A stretch of 32,453 bases of DNA from Pseudomonadota bacterium. Its GTDB lineage: Bacteria; Bdellovibrionota; FAC87; UBA2466. Both the position numbers and the translations under genes were made by a program. Position 1 is the stretch's first letter, and every line of letters begins with the position of its first letter. The stretch spans positions 1 to 32,453 of the forward strand of contig JAYUGC010000084.1 of NCBI GenBank assembly GCA_043767805.1, in the 5' to 3' direction. The notes under the pieces were generated by a model. That model was given only the letters and a program-made list of their open reading frames with translations, was not told the origin of the DNA and did not search any database. Below, one piece after another: positions 1 to 11,861 of the stretch.

Positions 1-560
1 AGGGTGATTAACTCCTCTAGCTCTTTAGATGTGGGAGCATTGAGCCATTTCAGCCGAGCCCCTTCGTTCTTAGGGATCGCCCTCCAGTACGGCCCAATCC
101 CCTCGGAAACCGGAAGCGAAGGACTCAGATTGTTAAACGTGCTGTAGGGATAGTCTTGAACCCGCTCGCATATTCCCGCCCGCACCGGATTGCGGAAAAC
201 GTATTTATAAAGGTAAGCGAGGTCGGAAGCGCCATATAGGAGGTTCTGGGAGTACCGAGCCCCGAGAACATGATTAATTCGCCCAGTAGCCCGCTGAATC
301 AAGAACGTGACCCGAGTGTGAAAGTACTGCATCACGAGGTCCAGGTTCGCTCGAGGAGTCGTAAGCAAGCAATGGTAGTGGTTCGACATCAGGACGAAAG
401 TATGGATTTCGGCCCCATACTTATCGGCCGCCATTCCGAGGGCTTCGGTCATTAGACCCCAGCACAGGGATGCCGGAATGTAGAACCATTCCTTGTTATT
501 AGACCTGGCGCTGACGTGATAGACGCGATTTGGACTGCGGATCAATTTCGCTCTTGGCAT
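1..560 (-). mobile_element. HUH/Y1 tyrosine transposase (REP-associated RAYT / IS200-like family), 3'-truncated by window edge
   Basis: Absent from the ORF track (no stop inside window). Manual translation from ATG at 560: MPRAKLIRSPNRVYHVSARSNNKEWF...IHTFVLMSNHYHCLLTTP...YLYKYVFRNPVRAGICERVQDYPYSTF. Has N-terminal YHVxxR, HUH motif (MSNHYH) and YxxxNPVRAG...YPYS, typical of RAYT-like Y1 transposases. Confidence 0.88.
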
Positions 561-570
561 ACGAGTCTAA

Positions 571-587
571 TACAAGGCTCGTGCCAA
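571..587 (-). promoter_or_regulatory. Candidate sigma-54 (-24/-12) promoter of the transposase
   Basis: Minus strand TTGGCACG-AGCC-TTGTA versus consensus TGGCACG-N4-TTGCW (one mismatch). GG lies at -25/-24 if +1 is the A of the ATG at 560. Confidence 0.5.
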
Positions 588-599
588 TTTGCTCTGGCA

Positions 600-617
600 C
601 CATTTGGTACCAAATGG
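600..617. repeat. Perfect 18-bp palindrome CCATTTGGTACCAAATGG, candidate REP-like/transposon-end element
   Basis: Read directly. Abuts a second inverted repeat GTGCCA-N8-TGGCAC (581-600), between the greA stop and the transposase start. Confidence 0.6.
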
Positions 618-627
618 CGGCTGACCC

Positions 628-1100
628 TTATTCGAAGCGGACGGAGAGGACTTCGTACTCGATGTCGCCCTTGGGGACTTTGATGACTACCTGGTCGCCG
701 GCCTTTTTGTTTAGGAGCTGGCGGGCGATGGGCGATTCGATGGAGACCATGCCCGACTTCACGTCGGCCTCGTCGCTGCCGACGATGCGGTAGGTTGTCT
801 TCTGCTCGGTGTCCAGGTTCATGAGCTCGACCGTCGCGCCGAAGACGACCTTATCAGTCGTGAGACCCGCCGTATCGACCACCTGAGCCCGCGCGAGCTT
901 GTCTTCCAAATCCTGAATGCGGCCTTCCACGAACGCCTGCTTTTCTTTGGCGGCATCGTACTCGGCGTTCTCGGAAAGATCTCCATGAGCGCGCGCCGTC
1001 GCAATAGCAATAATGACGGCGGGACGTTCCACGGACTTCAGGCGCTTTACCTCTTCTTCCAGCTTCGCCTTACCGCCAACAGTCATCGGAACCCGGCTCA

Positions 1101-1101
<1 letters not shown>
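628..1101 (-). CDS. greA: Transcription elongation factor GreA
   Basis: [17 protein letters not shown] and [11 protein letters not shown] motifs. Start revised to ATG at 1101 (MSRVPMT), overlapping the carB stop as TAATG. Confidence 0.96.
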
Positions 1102-4331
<3,230 letters not shown>

Positions 4332-4344
4332 TACTTCAAAAACC

Positions 4345-5019
4345 TCAAATGCGGCTATTGTCGTCGTAAATCTTTTCGATCGGCATCTGACTGTAGAAAC
4401 GGTGCTTCAGATACATGCCGACCAGAAGCCAAAGCCAGTTTTGAAAGGCGGCGGCGTCCTGGTTCTTCTTGAACTCCTTCACCTTCTTCTTGATGTAACC
4501 GTGCACGAGGGTCGGGTGATAAGACGGGCGGCGTACGAACTCGTACTCCTTGGCGTCTCCCTTATCGACGAGCCGAGCCTCGATGATGTCGCCCCGGGTG
4601 ATACCGATGAAATCGTTCGGCGTCTTCTTGGGGATGATGAACGTCTTCTTGCCGAGCATGTCCTTCAAGCGAAGCTCTTTGCCGTTCGCTTTCGTGATGG
4701 TGAAGATCGAGCGCTGGCTGCCCGTCTTCAACTTGTCCCACATGCCCGATTCCTCGGTACCCACGCCGACCAAGCCGTCGGGAAGCTGCTGCTCGAACAC
4801 GCACCAGTCGTAGAAAAAGTCCCAGAGATCCTCGATGAGCTCCGTGCTATCGGGCTGGGTCTGCGTGATGCGGATGCGGCTGTGAAAAGCGCGCTTTAAC
4901 TCCGCGAGCTTCTCCTTGTCGATCCCTTGGATGATTTTCTGGACGAGTAGCTCCAGAGACGGATGCAACATGCCACCGCCCGACTGAATCACGTTCTGAA
5001 TAGGCAGAGTTTCCGTCAT
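4345..5019 (-). CDS. Hypothetical protein (224 aa) between carA and carB
   Basis: ATGA overlap with the carA stop, ends 13 nt before carB, protein-like composition. No family recognised with confidence. Confidence 0.8.
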   Translation of the reverse strand: MTETLPIQNVIQSGGGMLHPSLELLVQKIIQGIDKEKLAELKRAFHSRIRITQTQPDSTELIEDLWDFFYDWCVFEQQLPDGLVGVGTEESGMWDKLKTGSQRSIFTITKANGKELRLKDMLGKKTFIIPKKTPNDFIGITRGDIIEARLVDKGDAKEYEFVRRPSYHPTLVHGYIKKKVKEFKKNQDAAAFQNWLWLLVGMYLKHRFYSQMPIEKIYDDNSRI

Positions 5020-6164
5020 TGGAGGAATCCCTTAATAAAGGAGTCAAAGAGGTAAGCGGAATCGTTGGGGCCGGGCGCGGCCTCGGGATGAAACTGGACG
5101 CTCGCGAGCTTTAACCGTTCGGAGCCGAAGCCCTCGACGGTGCCGTCGTTCAAGCTCACGTGAGTGAGCTTGATGTCTTTCGCCTTCAAATCCTGCTCTT
5201 TCACGGCGAACCCGTGGTTCTGAGAGGTGATGAGGCAGCGGCCCGTGGCGAGGTCCTTCACCGGGTGATTGCAACCATGGTGACCGAACTTCAGCTTGAA
5301 GGTATTCGCGCCGAGAGCGCGCGCCAGAAGCTGATGGCCCATGCAAATCGCGAAAATCGGAACTTTGCCGACGAGGGCTTGAATCTGCTCGACCGAGCCC
5401 GTGACGCTCGCCGGATCCCCGGGGCCGTTGGAGAGCGCGATGGCGACCGGCTTATACTTCATCACTTCCTGGTGCGGGTAATTGTAAGGAACCACCTGCA
5501 CGCGGAATCCTCGGCGCCAGAAATGCCGGGGCGTATTGAGCTTTAAGCCGTAATCGTAAAGCACGATGGTGCGGGCGTCCGACGCCAGAGCCTGCGCGGG
5601 CTTTTCGAAGAAATCATCGACCTTGTACTCATAAGGCTCGGTGCAGCTCACTTTGTCGACGAGGCCCAGGCCTTCCATCGACGGGACTTTTTCGAGAAGC
5701 TTTTGGCCGTAGGCTTTCAAATCGCCTTTGGCTTCCGCGGTCGGAAAGAGCACGGAGCGCTGAGCGCCCTCGTCCCGCAAAATTTGCGTCACTTCGCGCG
5801 TATCGATATCGGAAATGAGAGGAATGCCGGCCTTTTCGAGGTACGTATGCAGAGGCTCGGTGGAGCGGTAGTTGGACGGAACCGCGCAGTACTCGCGCGC
5901 GACCACGCCGCTCATGTAGAGCCGTCCGCTTTCGACGTCTTGCTTGTTCACGCCCGTGTTGCCGAGATGCGGGTAGGTCATGACGACCACCTGCTCGTAG
6001 TAGGACGGATCGGTGAAGATTTCCTGGTATCCGGTCATGCCGGTATTAAAGACCGCTTCGCCGCCCCGCGCTTTTTGCGCGCCGTAGCCATCTCCGACAA
6101 AGAGGTGCCCTTTTTCGAGAAAGAGGGCGCATTCCCAACGAGGCGGTGTCACTAACTGGGCCAC
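5016..6164 (-). CDS. carA: Carbamoyl-phosphate synthase small subunit
   Basis: GEAVFNTGMTGYQEIFTDPSY, LSNGPGDP, catalytic ICMGHQ and QFHPEA. Start revised to GTG at 6164 (TAGTG overlap with the pyrC stop, GGAGGG upstream). Confidence 0.97.
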   Translation of the reverse strand: MAQLVTPPRWECALFLEKGHLFVGDGYGAQKARGGEAVFNTGMTGYQEIFTDPSYYEQVVVMTYPHLGNTGVNKQDVESGRLYMSGVVAREYCAVPSNYRSTEPLHTYLEKAGIPLISDIDTREVTQILRDEGAQRSVLFPTAEAKGDLKAYGQKLLEKVPSMEGLGLVDKVSCTEPYEYKVDDFFEKPAQALASDARTIVLYDYGLKLNTPRHFWRRGFRVQVVPYNYPHQEVMKYKPVAIALSNGPGDPASVTGSVEQIQALVGKVPIFAICMGHQLLARALGANTFKLKFGHHGCNHPVKDLATGRCLITSQNHGFAVKEQDLKAKDIKLTHVSLNDGTVEGFGSERLKLASVQFHPEAAPGPNDSAYLFDSFIKGFLQ

Positions 6165-7459
6165 TATTTCGATCCCTCCGGCCGATACGGCGCACGATAA
6201 ACTATTTTGCCTCCGACTACGGTGTAGGCGGCGCACCCTTGCACTTTGCGGCCATGAAAGGGGCTATTTTGACTCTTCGACTTAAATTCAAACCGGTCGA
6301 TGGTATAGCGCCGCTCCAAGTCGGCAACGGTCACATCGGCCACCGCTCCCACCGCCAGCGTGCCCTTGGGCACTCCGATGATGCGCGCGGGTGAAATCGT
6401 CAGCGCTTCAACCAACCGTCTCAAAGTCACTCTGCCATCCAGTACCGTTTGGTAATAAAGCGGAAACGCGGTTTCCAAGCCCACCATCCCGAACTCGGCC
6501 AGGTCGTACTCCACTTCTTTCTCTTCCACCGCATGCGGCGCATGGTCGGTAGCAAGTGCGTCAATAGTTCCATCCGCGAGTGCGGAACGCAGGGCGGCTA
6601 TATCTTCCGTTTCCCGAAGCGGTGGGGCGACCTTCGTGTTGGTATCATAGTTGCCGACGGCTTCGTCCGTCAAAGTCAGGTGATGAGGGGTGACTTCCGC
6701 CGTCACTTTCACTCCGCGGGCTTTCGCCTGACGGATCAACTCTACACTGCCCTTCGTGCTGACGTGCGCCACGTGTAAGCGGCAGCCGGTGAGCTCAGCC
6801 AAAGAGATATCGCGCGCGACCATGATCTCTTCCGACGCTTTCGGAATGCCTCGTAAGCCGTATTTCGCGGAATGAAAACCTTCGTTCATCACGCCTTGGC
6901 CTTTGAGATGAGAGTCTTCGCAATGGACGATGACGACGAGGTCGAAGCGTTTGGCGTAATCCATCGCCTTGCGCATGAGATAGGAATTCATCACCGTCTT
7001 GCCGTCGTCCGACACGGCGACGATGCCCGCTTCGAACATCGAGCCCATGGGAGAGAGCTCGACGCCGAGTAAGCCTTTCGTGACCGATCCGATGACGTAG
7101 ACGTTGATCTCGGCTTCGGCCGCGATCTTTTGAATGAGAAAGCTCGTGACGAAGGGACTGTCGTTGATGGGATTCGTGTTGGCCATGCAGGCCACACTCG
7201 TAAAACCACCCGCCGCTCCCGATTGAGAGCCCGTCTTGATGGTTTCCTTGTGCCCTTGTCCGGGCTCCCGGAAGTGGCAGTGAATGTCCACCCAGCCGGG
7301 CGTGACCAGGAGGCCCTTGGCGTCGATGGTCTCGAAATCACCCGTGGGCTTCACGTCGATGCCGGCGATTTTACCGTCGGTAATGACGAGGTCTCCGACC
7401 TTATCCAAGTTCTGGCTGGGGTCGAAAATTCGGCCGCCTTTGATGACGAGATTCTTCAC
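6164..7459 (-). CDS. pyrC: Dihydroorotase (long, type I)
   Basis: DIHCHFREPG metal motif, AEVTPHHL, KVAPPLR, ATDHAPH, SKSQNSPF. GTGA overlap with pyrB. Confidence 0.96.
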   Translation of the reverse strand: MKNLVIKGGRIFDPSQNLDKVGDLVITDGKIAGIDVKPTGDFETIDAKGLLVTPGWVDIHCHFREPGQGHKETIKTGSQSGAAGGFTSVACMANTNPINDSPFVTSFLIQKIAAEAEINVYVIGSVTKGLLGVELSPMGSMFEAGIVAVSDDGKTVMNSYLMRKAMDYAKRFDLVVIVHCEDSHLKGQGVMNEGFHSAKYGLRGIPKASEEIMVARDISLAELTGCRLHVAHVSTKGSVELIRQAKARGVKVTAEVTPHHLTLTDEAVGNYDTNTKVAPPLRETEDIAALRSALADGTIDALATDHAPHAVEEKEVEYDLAEFGMVGLETAFPLYYQTVLDGRVTLRRLVEALTISPARIIGVPKGTLAVGAVADVTVADLERRYTIDRFEFKSKSQNSPFHGRKVQGCAAYTVVGGKIVYRAPYRPEGSK

Positions 7460-8406
7460 GCCTCACCTCCGAGCATCAGATGGAGAAGCGCCATGCGCAC
7501 CAAAACGCCGTTCGAAACCTGATTGAGAATGACCGAGCGAGGGCCGTCAGCGACTTTCGGCGCGAGTTCAACGCCGCGGTTCATCGGGCCCGGGTGCATG
7601 ACGAGAACGTCTTTCTTACATTTCGCGAGACGCTCGGAGGTCATGCCGTAATAGCGCGTGTACTCGCCGATGGACGGAATCTGGCCGCCCGCGAGACGCT
7701 CGAACTGGATGCGGAGCAAAATGATCACGTCGTGCTCAGGAATAGCTTCGTCCAAGTCCCAATACTTTTTCACGCCGAGTTTTTCGACGTGAGGCGGGAG
7801 GAGGGTCGGCGGTCCGCAGACGCTCACTTTCGCGCCCATGGTGTTCAAAGCGTAAATGTCCGAGCGAGCAACGCGACTGTGCGCGATATCTCCGACGATA
7901 AGAACCTTCTGCCCTTTGAGGTCGCCCTTGAAGTCGACGATGGTCATCAGATCGAGAAGCGCCTGAGTCGGATGCTCGTGAAAGCCGTCGCCCGCGTTGA
8001 TGACGGGAATGTTCAAAATCTGATCGAGGTGGTACGGCGAGCCCGCCGACGGATGCCGGAGCACCAATAAGTCGGGCAGCATCGCTTCCAAAGTTTTCGC
8101 GGTATCCCGGAGAGTCTCGCCTTTGCTCGACGAAGAGAACTCCTTGGTAACCACCATGGTGCTCGCGCCGAGGCGTTTCGCGGCAATCTCGAAGGATCCG
8201 CGCGTGCGGGTGCTCGCTTCGAAGAAAAGCAGAATCACGGTCTTTCCGGCGGCCGGACTTTCGAACGTTTTGCTCTGCTTGGAAACGTCCCGGATGTGGA
8301 AGGCGGTTTTGAGGATTTTTTGGATCTGGTCGTTGGATAAGGTCTCTGTCCCCAAGATCGATTTGAGGCCTAAGGCGTTTTTCGGAGCCGGCATTGGGTG
8401 GTCCAT
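7456..8406 (-). CDS. pyrB: Aspartate carbamoyltransferase catalytic subunit
   Basis: FFEASTRT, NAGDG, HPTQALLD, GDIAHSRV, MHPGPMNRG motifs. Confidence 0.98.
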   Translation of the reverse strand: MDHPMPAPKNALGLKSILGTETLSNDQIQKILKTAFHIRDVSKQSKTFESPAAGKTVILLFFEASTRTRGSFEIAAKRLGASTMVVTKEFSSSSKGETLRDTAKTLEAMLPDLLVLRHPSAGSPYHLDQILNIPVINAGDGFHEHPTQALLDLMTIVDFKGDLKGQKVLIVGDIAHSRVARSDIYALNTMGAKVSVCGPPTLLPPHVEKLGVKKYWDLDEAIPEHDVIILLRIQFERLAGGQIPSIGEYTRYYGMTSERLAKCKKDVLVMHPGPMNRGVELAPKVADGPRSVILNQVSNGVLVRMALLHLMLGGEA

Positions 8407-8418
8407 TTAAGTCACAGG

Positions 8419-8447
8419 AATCTAAGCGAAAGGGTCCCCTAAAGCAA
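8419..8447 (-). promoter_or_regulatory. Candidate sigma-70 promoter of the pyr/car/greA operon
   Basis: TTGCTT-17 nt-TAGATT on the minus strand, ending 12 nt before the pyrB ATG. Confidence 0.5.
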
Positions 8448-8495
8448 GAAAGACTCAAGAGGTTTGAGGCACAGCGTCGAGGGCGCCTTGACCCC

Positions 8496-8524
8496 TTGAG
8501 ACGGAGCGGCTTTTGGGCTATACG
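8496..8524 (+). promoter_or_regulatory. Candidate sigma-70 promoter of pdxST
   Basis: TTGAGA-17 nt-TATACG, followed by an AGGAG ribosome-binding site before ATG 8563. Confidence 0.55.
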
Positions 8525-8562
8525 AGTCACTCTTTCAAGAACCTTTTGGCCAGGAGTTCCCC

Positions 8563-9438
8563 ATGGCGGAAATGAAACTGAAAACCGGTCTCGCGGAGAT
8601 GTTGAAGGGCGGCGTCATCATGGACGTCACAAACGCCGAACAGGCGAAAATTGCTGAGAAAGCCGGTGCCGTTGCCGTTATGGCCTTAGAGAGAGTGCCC
8701 TCCGACATCCGCAAGGATGGCGGCGTCGCCCGCATGGCGGACCCCACCAAAATCCAGGAAATCATGGCCACTGTGTCCATCCCGGTGATGGCGAAAGCCC
8801 GTATCGGCCACTACGTGGAGGCCCAGATCCTCCAGGCACTCGGCGTCGACTACGTCGACGAGAGCGAAGTTTTGACCCCGGCGGACGAACAGTTCCACAT
8901 CGACAAGTTCGCCTTCGACGTTCCTTTCGTTTGCGGCTGCCGGAACCTCGGCGAAGCCCTCCGGCGCATCGCCGAAGGCGCCGCCATGATCCGCACCAAG
9001 GGCGAAGCGGGCTCGGGCAATATCGTCGAAGCCGTCCGCCATCTTCGCTCGCTTCGTAGCGAAATGCGCCGGTTGACCCTCCTCGGCCAGGAAGAGCTGG
9101 TCACGGAGTCGAAAAACCTCGGCGCTCCTTTGACCCTCGTTCAAATGGTCGCTAAAACCGGCAAGCTCCCGGTTCCGAACTTTGCCGCCGGAGGAGTCGC
9201 CACCCCCGCGGACGCGGCCCTTTGCATGTGGCTCGGCGCCGAGACCGTTTTCGTCGGCTCGGGCGTCTTTAAGTCTTCCGATCCCACGCGCCTCGCGCAC
9301 GCCATCGTCGAAGCCGTCGCCAACTGGCAGGACCCCAAAGTCCTCGCCCGGGTGTCCACGGGTCTCGGCACGGCCATGAAGGGCATCGAGATGAGCACCC
9401 TCAAAGAAGGCGAACGGCTCCAGGAACGAGGCTGGTAA
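8563..9438 (+). CDS. pdxS: Pyridoxal 5'-phosphate synthase lyase subunit
   Basis: [56 protein letters not shown]-terminal RLQERGW. Confidence 0.98.
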   Translation: MAEMKLKTGLAEMLKGGVIMDVTNAEQAKIAEKAGAVAVMALERVPSDIRKDGGVARMADPTKIQEIMATVSIPVMAKARIGHYVEAQILQALGVDYVDESEVLTPADEQFHIDKFAFDVPFVCGCRNLGEALRRIAEGAAMIRTKGEAGSGNIVEAVRHLRSLRSEMRRLTLLGQEELVTESKNLGAPLTLVQMVAKTGKLPVPNFAAGGVATPADAALCMWLGAETVFVGSGVFKSSDPTRLAHAIVEAVANWQDPKVLARVSTGLGTAMKGIEMSTLKEGERLQERGW

Positions 9439-9442
9439 GCCC

Positions 9443-10042
9443 TTGAAAATCGGCATCCTCTCTTTACAGGGGGCGGTCGAGCCTCACGCCGAAAAACTCA
9501 AAGCCTTAGGGGCCGAAGTCGTGCACGTGCGCACGCCCGAGCACCTCGAGGGACTCTGCGGCATCGTGCTTCCCGGCGGAGAGAGCAGCACCATGGTCCA
9601 TCTCCTGGGCTTAAATCACCTTTGGGAACCGCTGAAAGCTTTCGTCGAGACGAGGCCTTCCTTCGGGGTTTGCGCGGGGGCGATTTTACTCGCCGCCGAA
9701 GTCTCCCACCCGGCTCAGAAATCTTTGTGCGTTTTGGCGGCTTCCATCGAGCGCAATGCCTACGGACGGCAGAAGGACAGCTTCATCGCTACTTTAGATA
9801 CCACGTCGGATTGGCACGGATCGGCCGTCGACGGCGTCTTCATCCGGGCACCCCGATTCGTTAAGATCTGGGGCGAGACCCGCGTGCTCATGCGCCATAA
9901 AGGCGATACAGTAATGGTCGAACAAGGCAACGTGCTCGCGGCGACGTTCCATCCGGAGCTCACCGAGCGGACTACGGTCCACGAGTACTTTCTTCAGAAG
10001 TGCGGGAAACACCATGGACGATCGCTTTCCAAAGTACATTAG
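9443..10042 (+). CDS. pdxT: Pyridoxal 5'-phosphate synthase glutaminase subunit
   Basis: LSLQGAV, PGGESST, catalytic GVCAG, RNAYGRQ, FIRAP, FHPEL. TTG start directly after pdxS. Confidence 0.96.
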   Translation: MKIGILSLQGAVEPHAEKLKALGAEVVHVRTPEHLEGLCGIVLPGGESSTMVHLLGLNHLWEPLKAFVETRPSFGVCAGAILLAAEVSHPAQKSLCVLAASIERNAYGRQKDSFIATLDTTSDWHGSAVDGVFIRAPRFVKIWGETRVLMRHKGDTVMVEQGNVLAATFHPELTERTTVHEYFLQKCGKHHGRSLSKVH

Positions 10043-10679
10043 ATTCCTCGTCAAGAAGCTGCGCTTTTTAGCGCTGCCGAACCTCGGCATGCTGCTCGCG
10101 GGTTTCGCGGTGCTGGGCTTCATCGGACAGAACTTTCTGGGCGCCTCCATGGGCCAGTTCATGTTCGATCCTCAGCGCGTGATGGCGGGCGAATGGTGGC
10201 GGCTCATCACCTTCCCCGTGTCGGAAGCGCCGAACAATCCCATCCTGCTTCTCTTCTACTGCTTGTACGTTTACTTCATCACGAACGCTCTGGAAGAAAC
10301 GTGGGGCGTAGTGCCGCTTACGGTTTTCACGTTCTTCGCCTATCTGTGCGGACTGGGCGGGGCGTTTCTGCTCGGCGCGCCCGTCGGCATCTGGATTTAC
10401 GTCGTGCAAAACTTGTCTCTCGCCTTCGGAACTATCTTCCCTGAAACCGAGCTGCATCTGCTCGGTATCGTGCCGGTGAAGGCCAAGTGGCTCGCCGTCA
10501 TCTTCGGCGCCATGGTCATCTTGCAGTTCATTACGGCCCCCATGATCATGAAGGCCTTCCTGCTCCTGGTGCATCTGCCGTACCTGCTCTTTTTCGGACC
10601 GATGGTCTACCGCGCGATTAAGAACCGGCGCTCCACGGGCCAGCGGCGAAACAACCTGGATAAGGACATGTGGCGATGA
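10014..10679 (+). CDS. Multi-pass membrane protein, rhomboid-superfamily/derlin-like
   Basis: About six hydrophobic segments, GEWWRLITF (WR motif), FPETELHLLGIVPVKAKWL. No obvious GxS catalytic motif. Confidence 0.65.
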   Translation: MDDRFPKYIRFLVKKLRFLALPNLGMLLAGFAVLGFIGQNFLGASMGQFMFDPQRVMAGEWWRLITFPVSEAPNNPILLLFYCLYVYFITNALEETWGVVPLTVFTFFAYLCGLGGAFLLGAPVGIWIYVVQNLSLAFGTIFPETELHLLGIVPVKAKWLAVIFGAMVILQFITAPMIMKAFLLLVHLPYLLFFGPMVYRAIKNRRSTGQRRNNLDKDMWR

Positions 10680-11143
10680 AGCGCTCGGTTTGTTTCGATA
10701 CCGTCCTGGGGCCGCTCACGATCACCGAAGAAGACGAGACGATTACCCGCATCTCGTTTCGTCCCGATAGAATGGCGCTCGACGATAGCCCGCTGCTCCG
10801 CCAAGCGAAAAAAGAGCTCCAGGATTACGCGGCGGGAAAGCGCAAAGACTTCTCTTTTCCCGTTCGGCTTTCGGGAACGCCCTTTCAAGTCGCGGTCTAT
10901 AAGCGGCTTTCGGAAGTGCCTTACGGAAAATTGCTCTCCTACGGCGAGCTCGCGGAAAAAGTCGGCAAGCCCGGGGGCGCGCGGGCCGTGGGCGGCGCTG
11001 TGGGCAACAATCCCCTGCCCTTCGTCGTTCCCTGCCATCGAGTTATCGCCTCGGGTAAAAAGCTCGGCGGATTCGGTCCAGGACCGGATTGGAAAAAGAG
11101 ACTACTTGCCCTCGAGGGTGCTCTGGACGGGCTTCGGGACTGA
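10676..11143 (+). CDS. ogt: Methylated-DNA--protein-cysteine S-methyltransferase
   Basis: GTPFQ, SYGELA, ARAVGGA, NPLPFVVPCHRVI active site. ATG at 10676 overlaps the upstream stop (ATGA). Confidence 0.95.
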   Translation: MKRSVCFDTVLGPLTITEEDETITRISFRPDRMALDDSPLLRQAKKELQDYAAGKRKDFSFPVRLSGTPFQVAVYKRLSEVPYGKLLSYGELAEKVGKPGGARAVGGAVGNNPLPFVVPCHRVIASGKKLGGFGPGPDWKKRLLALEGALDGLRD

Positions 11144-11791
11144 GCGCCTACTCTTCTTGAGAGCGTCGGCTTTCGCCTGACGGTATTTGAGCGCCAATTT
11201 TACGAGCACGATCACCAGCACCGTGATCGTGACGAACGTCACTCCGTGCTTCACGCTCTTCAGCTTGAGGAGGAGCAGCCCGATCTCGTCGCCGAAATAA
11301 TGGCCGAAGCCGAAACCGACTCCCACCCAGATGGGCACGCTTAAGAGCGCGGCCAGCATGTCGAGCAGGATGAAACGGGAATAAGGCATCCGCATCGCGC
11401 CGGACATGAAAAAAGCGACGGCGCGAAAGCCCGCGACGAAGCGCGCGAAGAAGACGATTTTTTCGCCGTACTTACGGAAATAGGCGCGCACCCGGCGCAC
11501 CCGGTGCGGCGGGAAAAGCACGCGCTTATTGGGGGCGGGCTCGAGTATGCGCATGCCGAGCTGGCGGCCAATGAAAAACAAGATGGAATCGCCGATGCCG
11601 ACGCCCATCAGAGTGATGAGGAGAGCCGGACCCCAGGACATGGTGCCATCCCAAACGAGATAGCCCGTAGCGACCAAGGGAATGTCCTCAGGCAGCGGAA
11701 AACCAAGGCCGCACGCTACCAACACACCGAAAACGATGAGGTAAGCGATGCCACTGCTCTGCTCAGTTAGAAAGATGAAAAGGTTTTCCAC
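11102..11791 (-). CDS. dedA: DedA family membrane protein
   Basis: GLGFPLPEDIPL, GDSILFFIGR, FFARFVAGFR motifs. Confidence 0.92.
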   Translation of the reverse strand: MENLFIFLTEQSSGIAYLIVFGVLVACGLGFPLPEDIPLVATGYLVWDGTMSWGPALLITLMGVGIGDSILFFIGRQLGMRILEPAPNKRVLFPPHRVRRVRAYFRKYGEKIVFFARFVAGFRAVAFFMSGAMRMPYSRFILLDMLAALLSVPIWVGVGFGFGHYFGDEIGLLLLKLKSVKHGVTFVTITVLVIVLVKLALKYRQAKADALKKSRRSVPKPVQSTLEGK

Positions 11792-11861
11792 CTCCAGTAG
11801 TTATAGGCGGCGCGGGGTCTCTTGTCATGGATTTCCCAAGTCAACTTTGGTATCAAGTAAG

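Noticed and set aside
270..793. Plus-strand ORFs 270-455 and 530-793
   Set aside because: Antisense shadows of the transposase and greA; no recognisable motifs.
6165..6236. N-terminal extension of carA in the ORF track
   Set aside because: Lies inside pyrC; GTG 6164 has an SD and stop/start coupling.
7736..8530. 264-aa alternative-frame ORF over pyrB
   Set aside because: Arg/Pro-rich off-frame read of GC-rich codons; overlaps a clear gene.
8407..8562. PyrR attenuator or riboswitch in the pyrB/pdxS gap
   Set aside because: No PyrR-binding loop or terminator/antiterminator pair seen; space is taken by two promoter-like elements.
11748..11861. Long N-terminus of rpoH
   Set aside because: Overlaps the divergent dedA start and promoter; not sigma-like.
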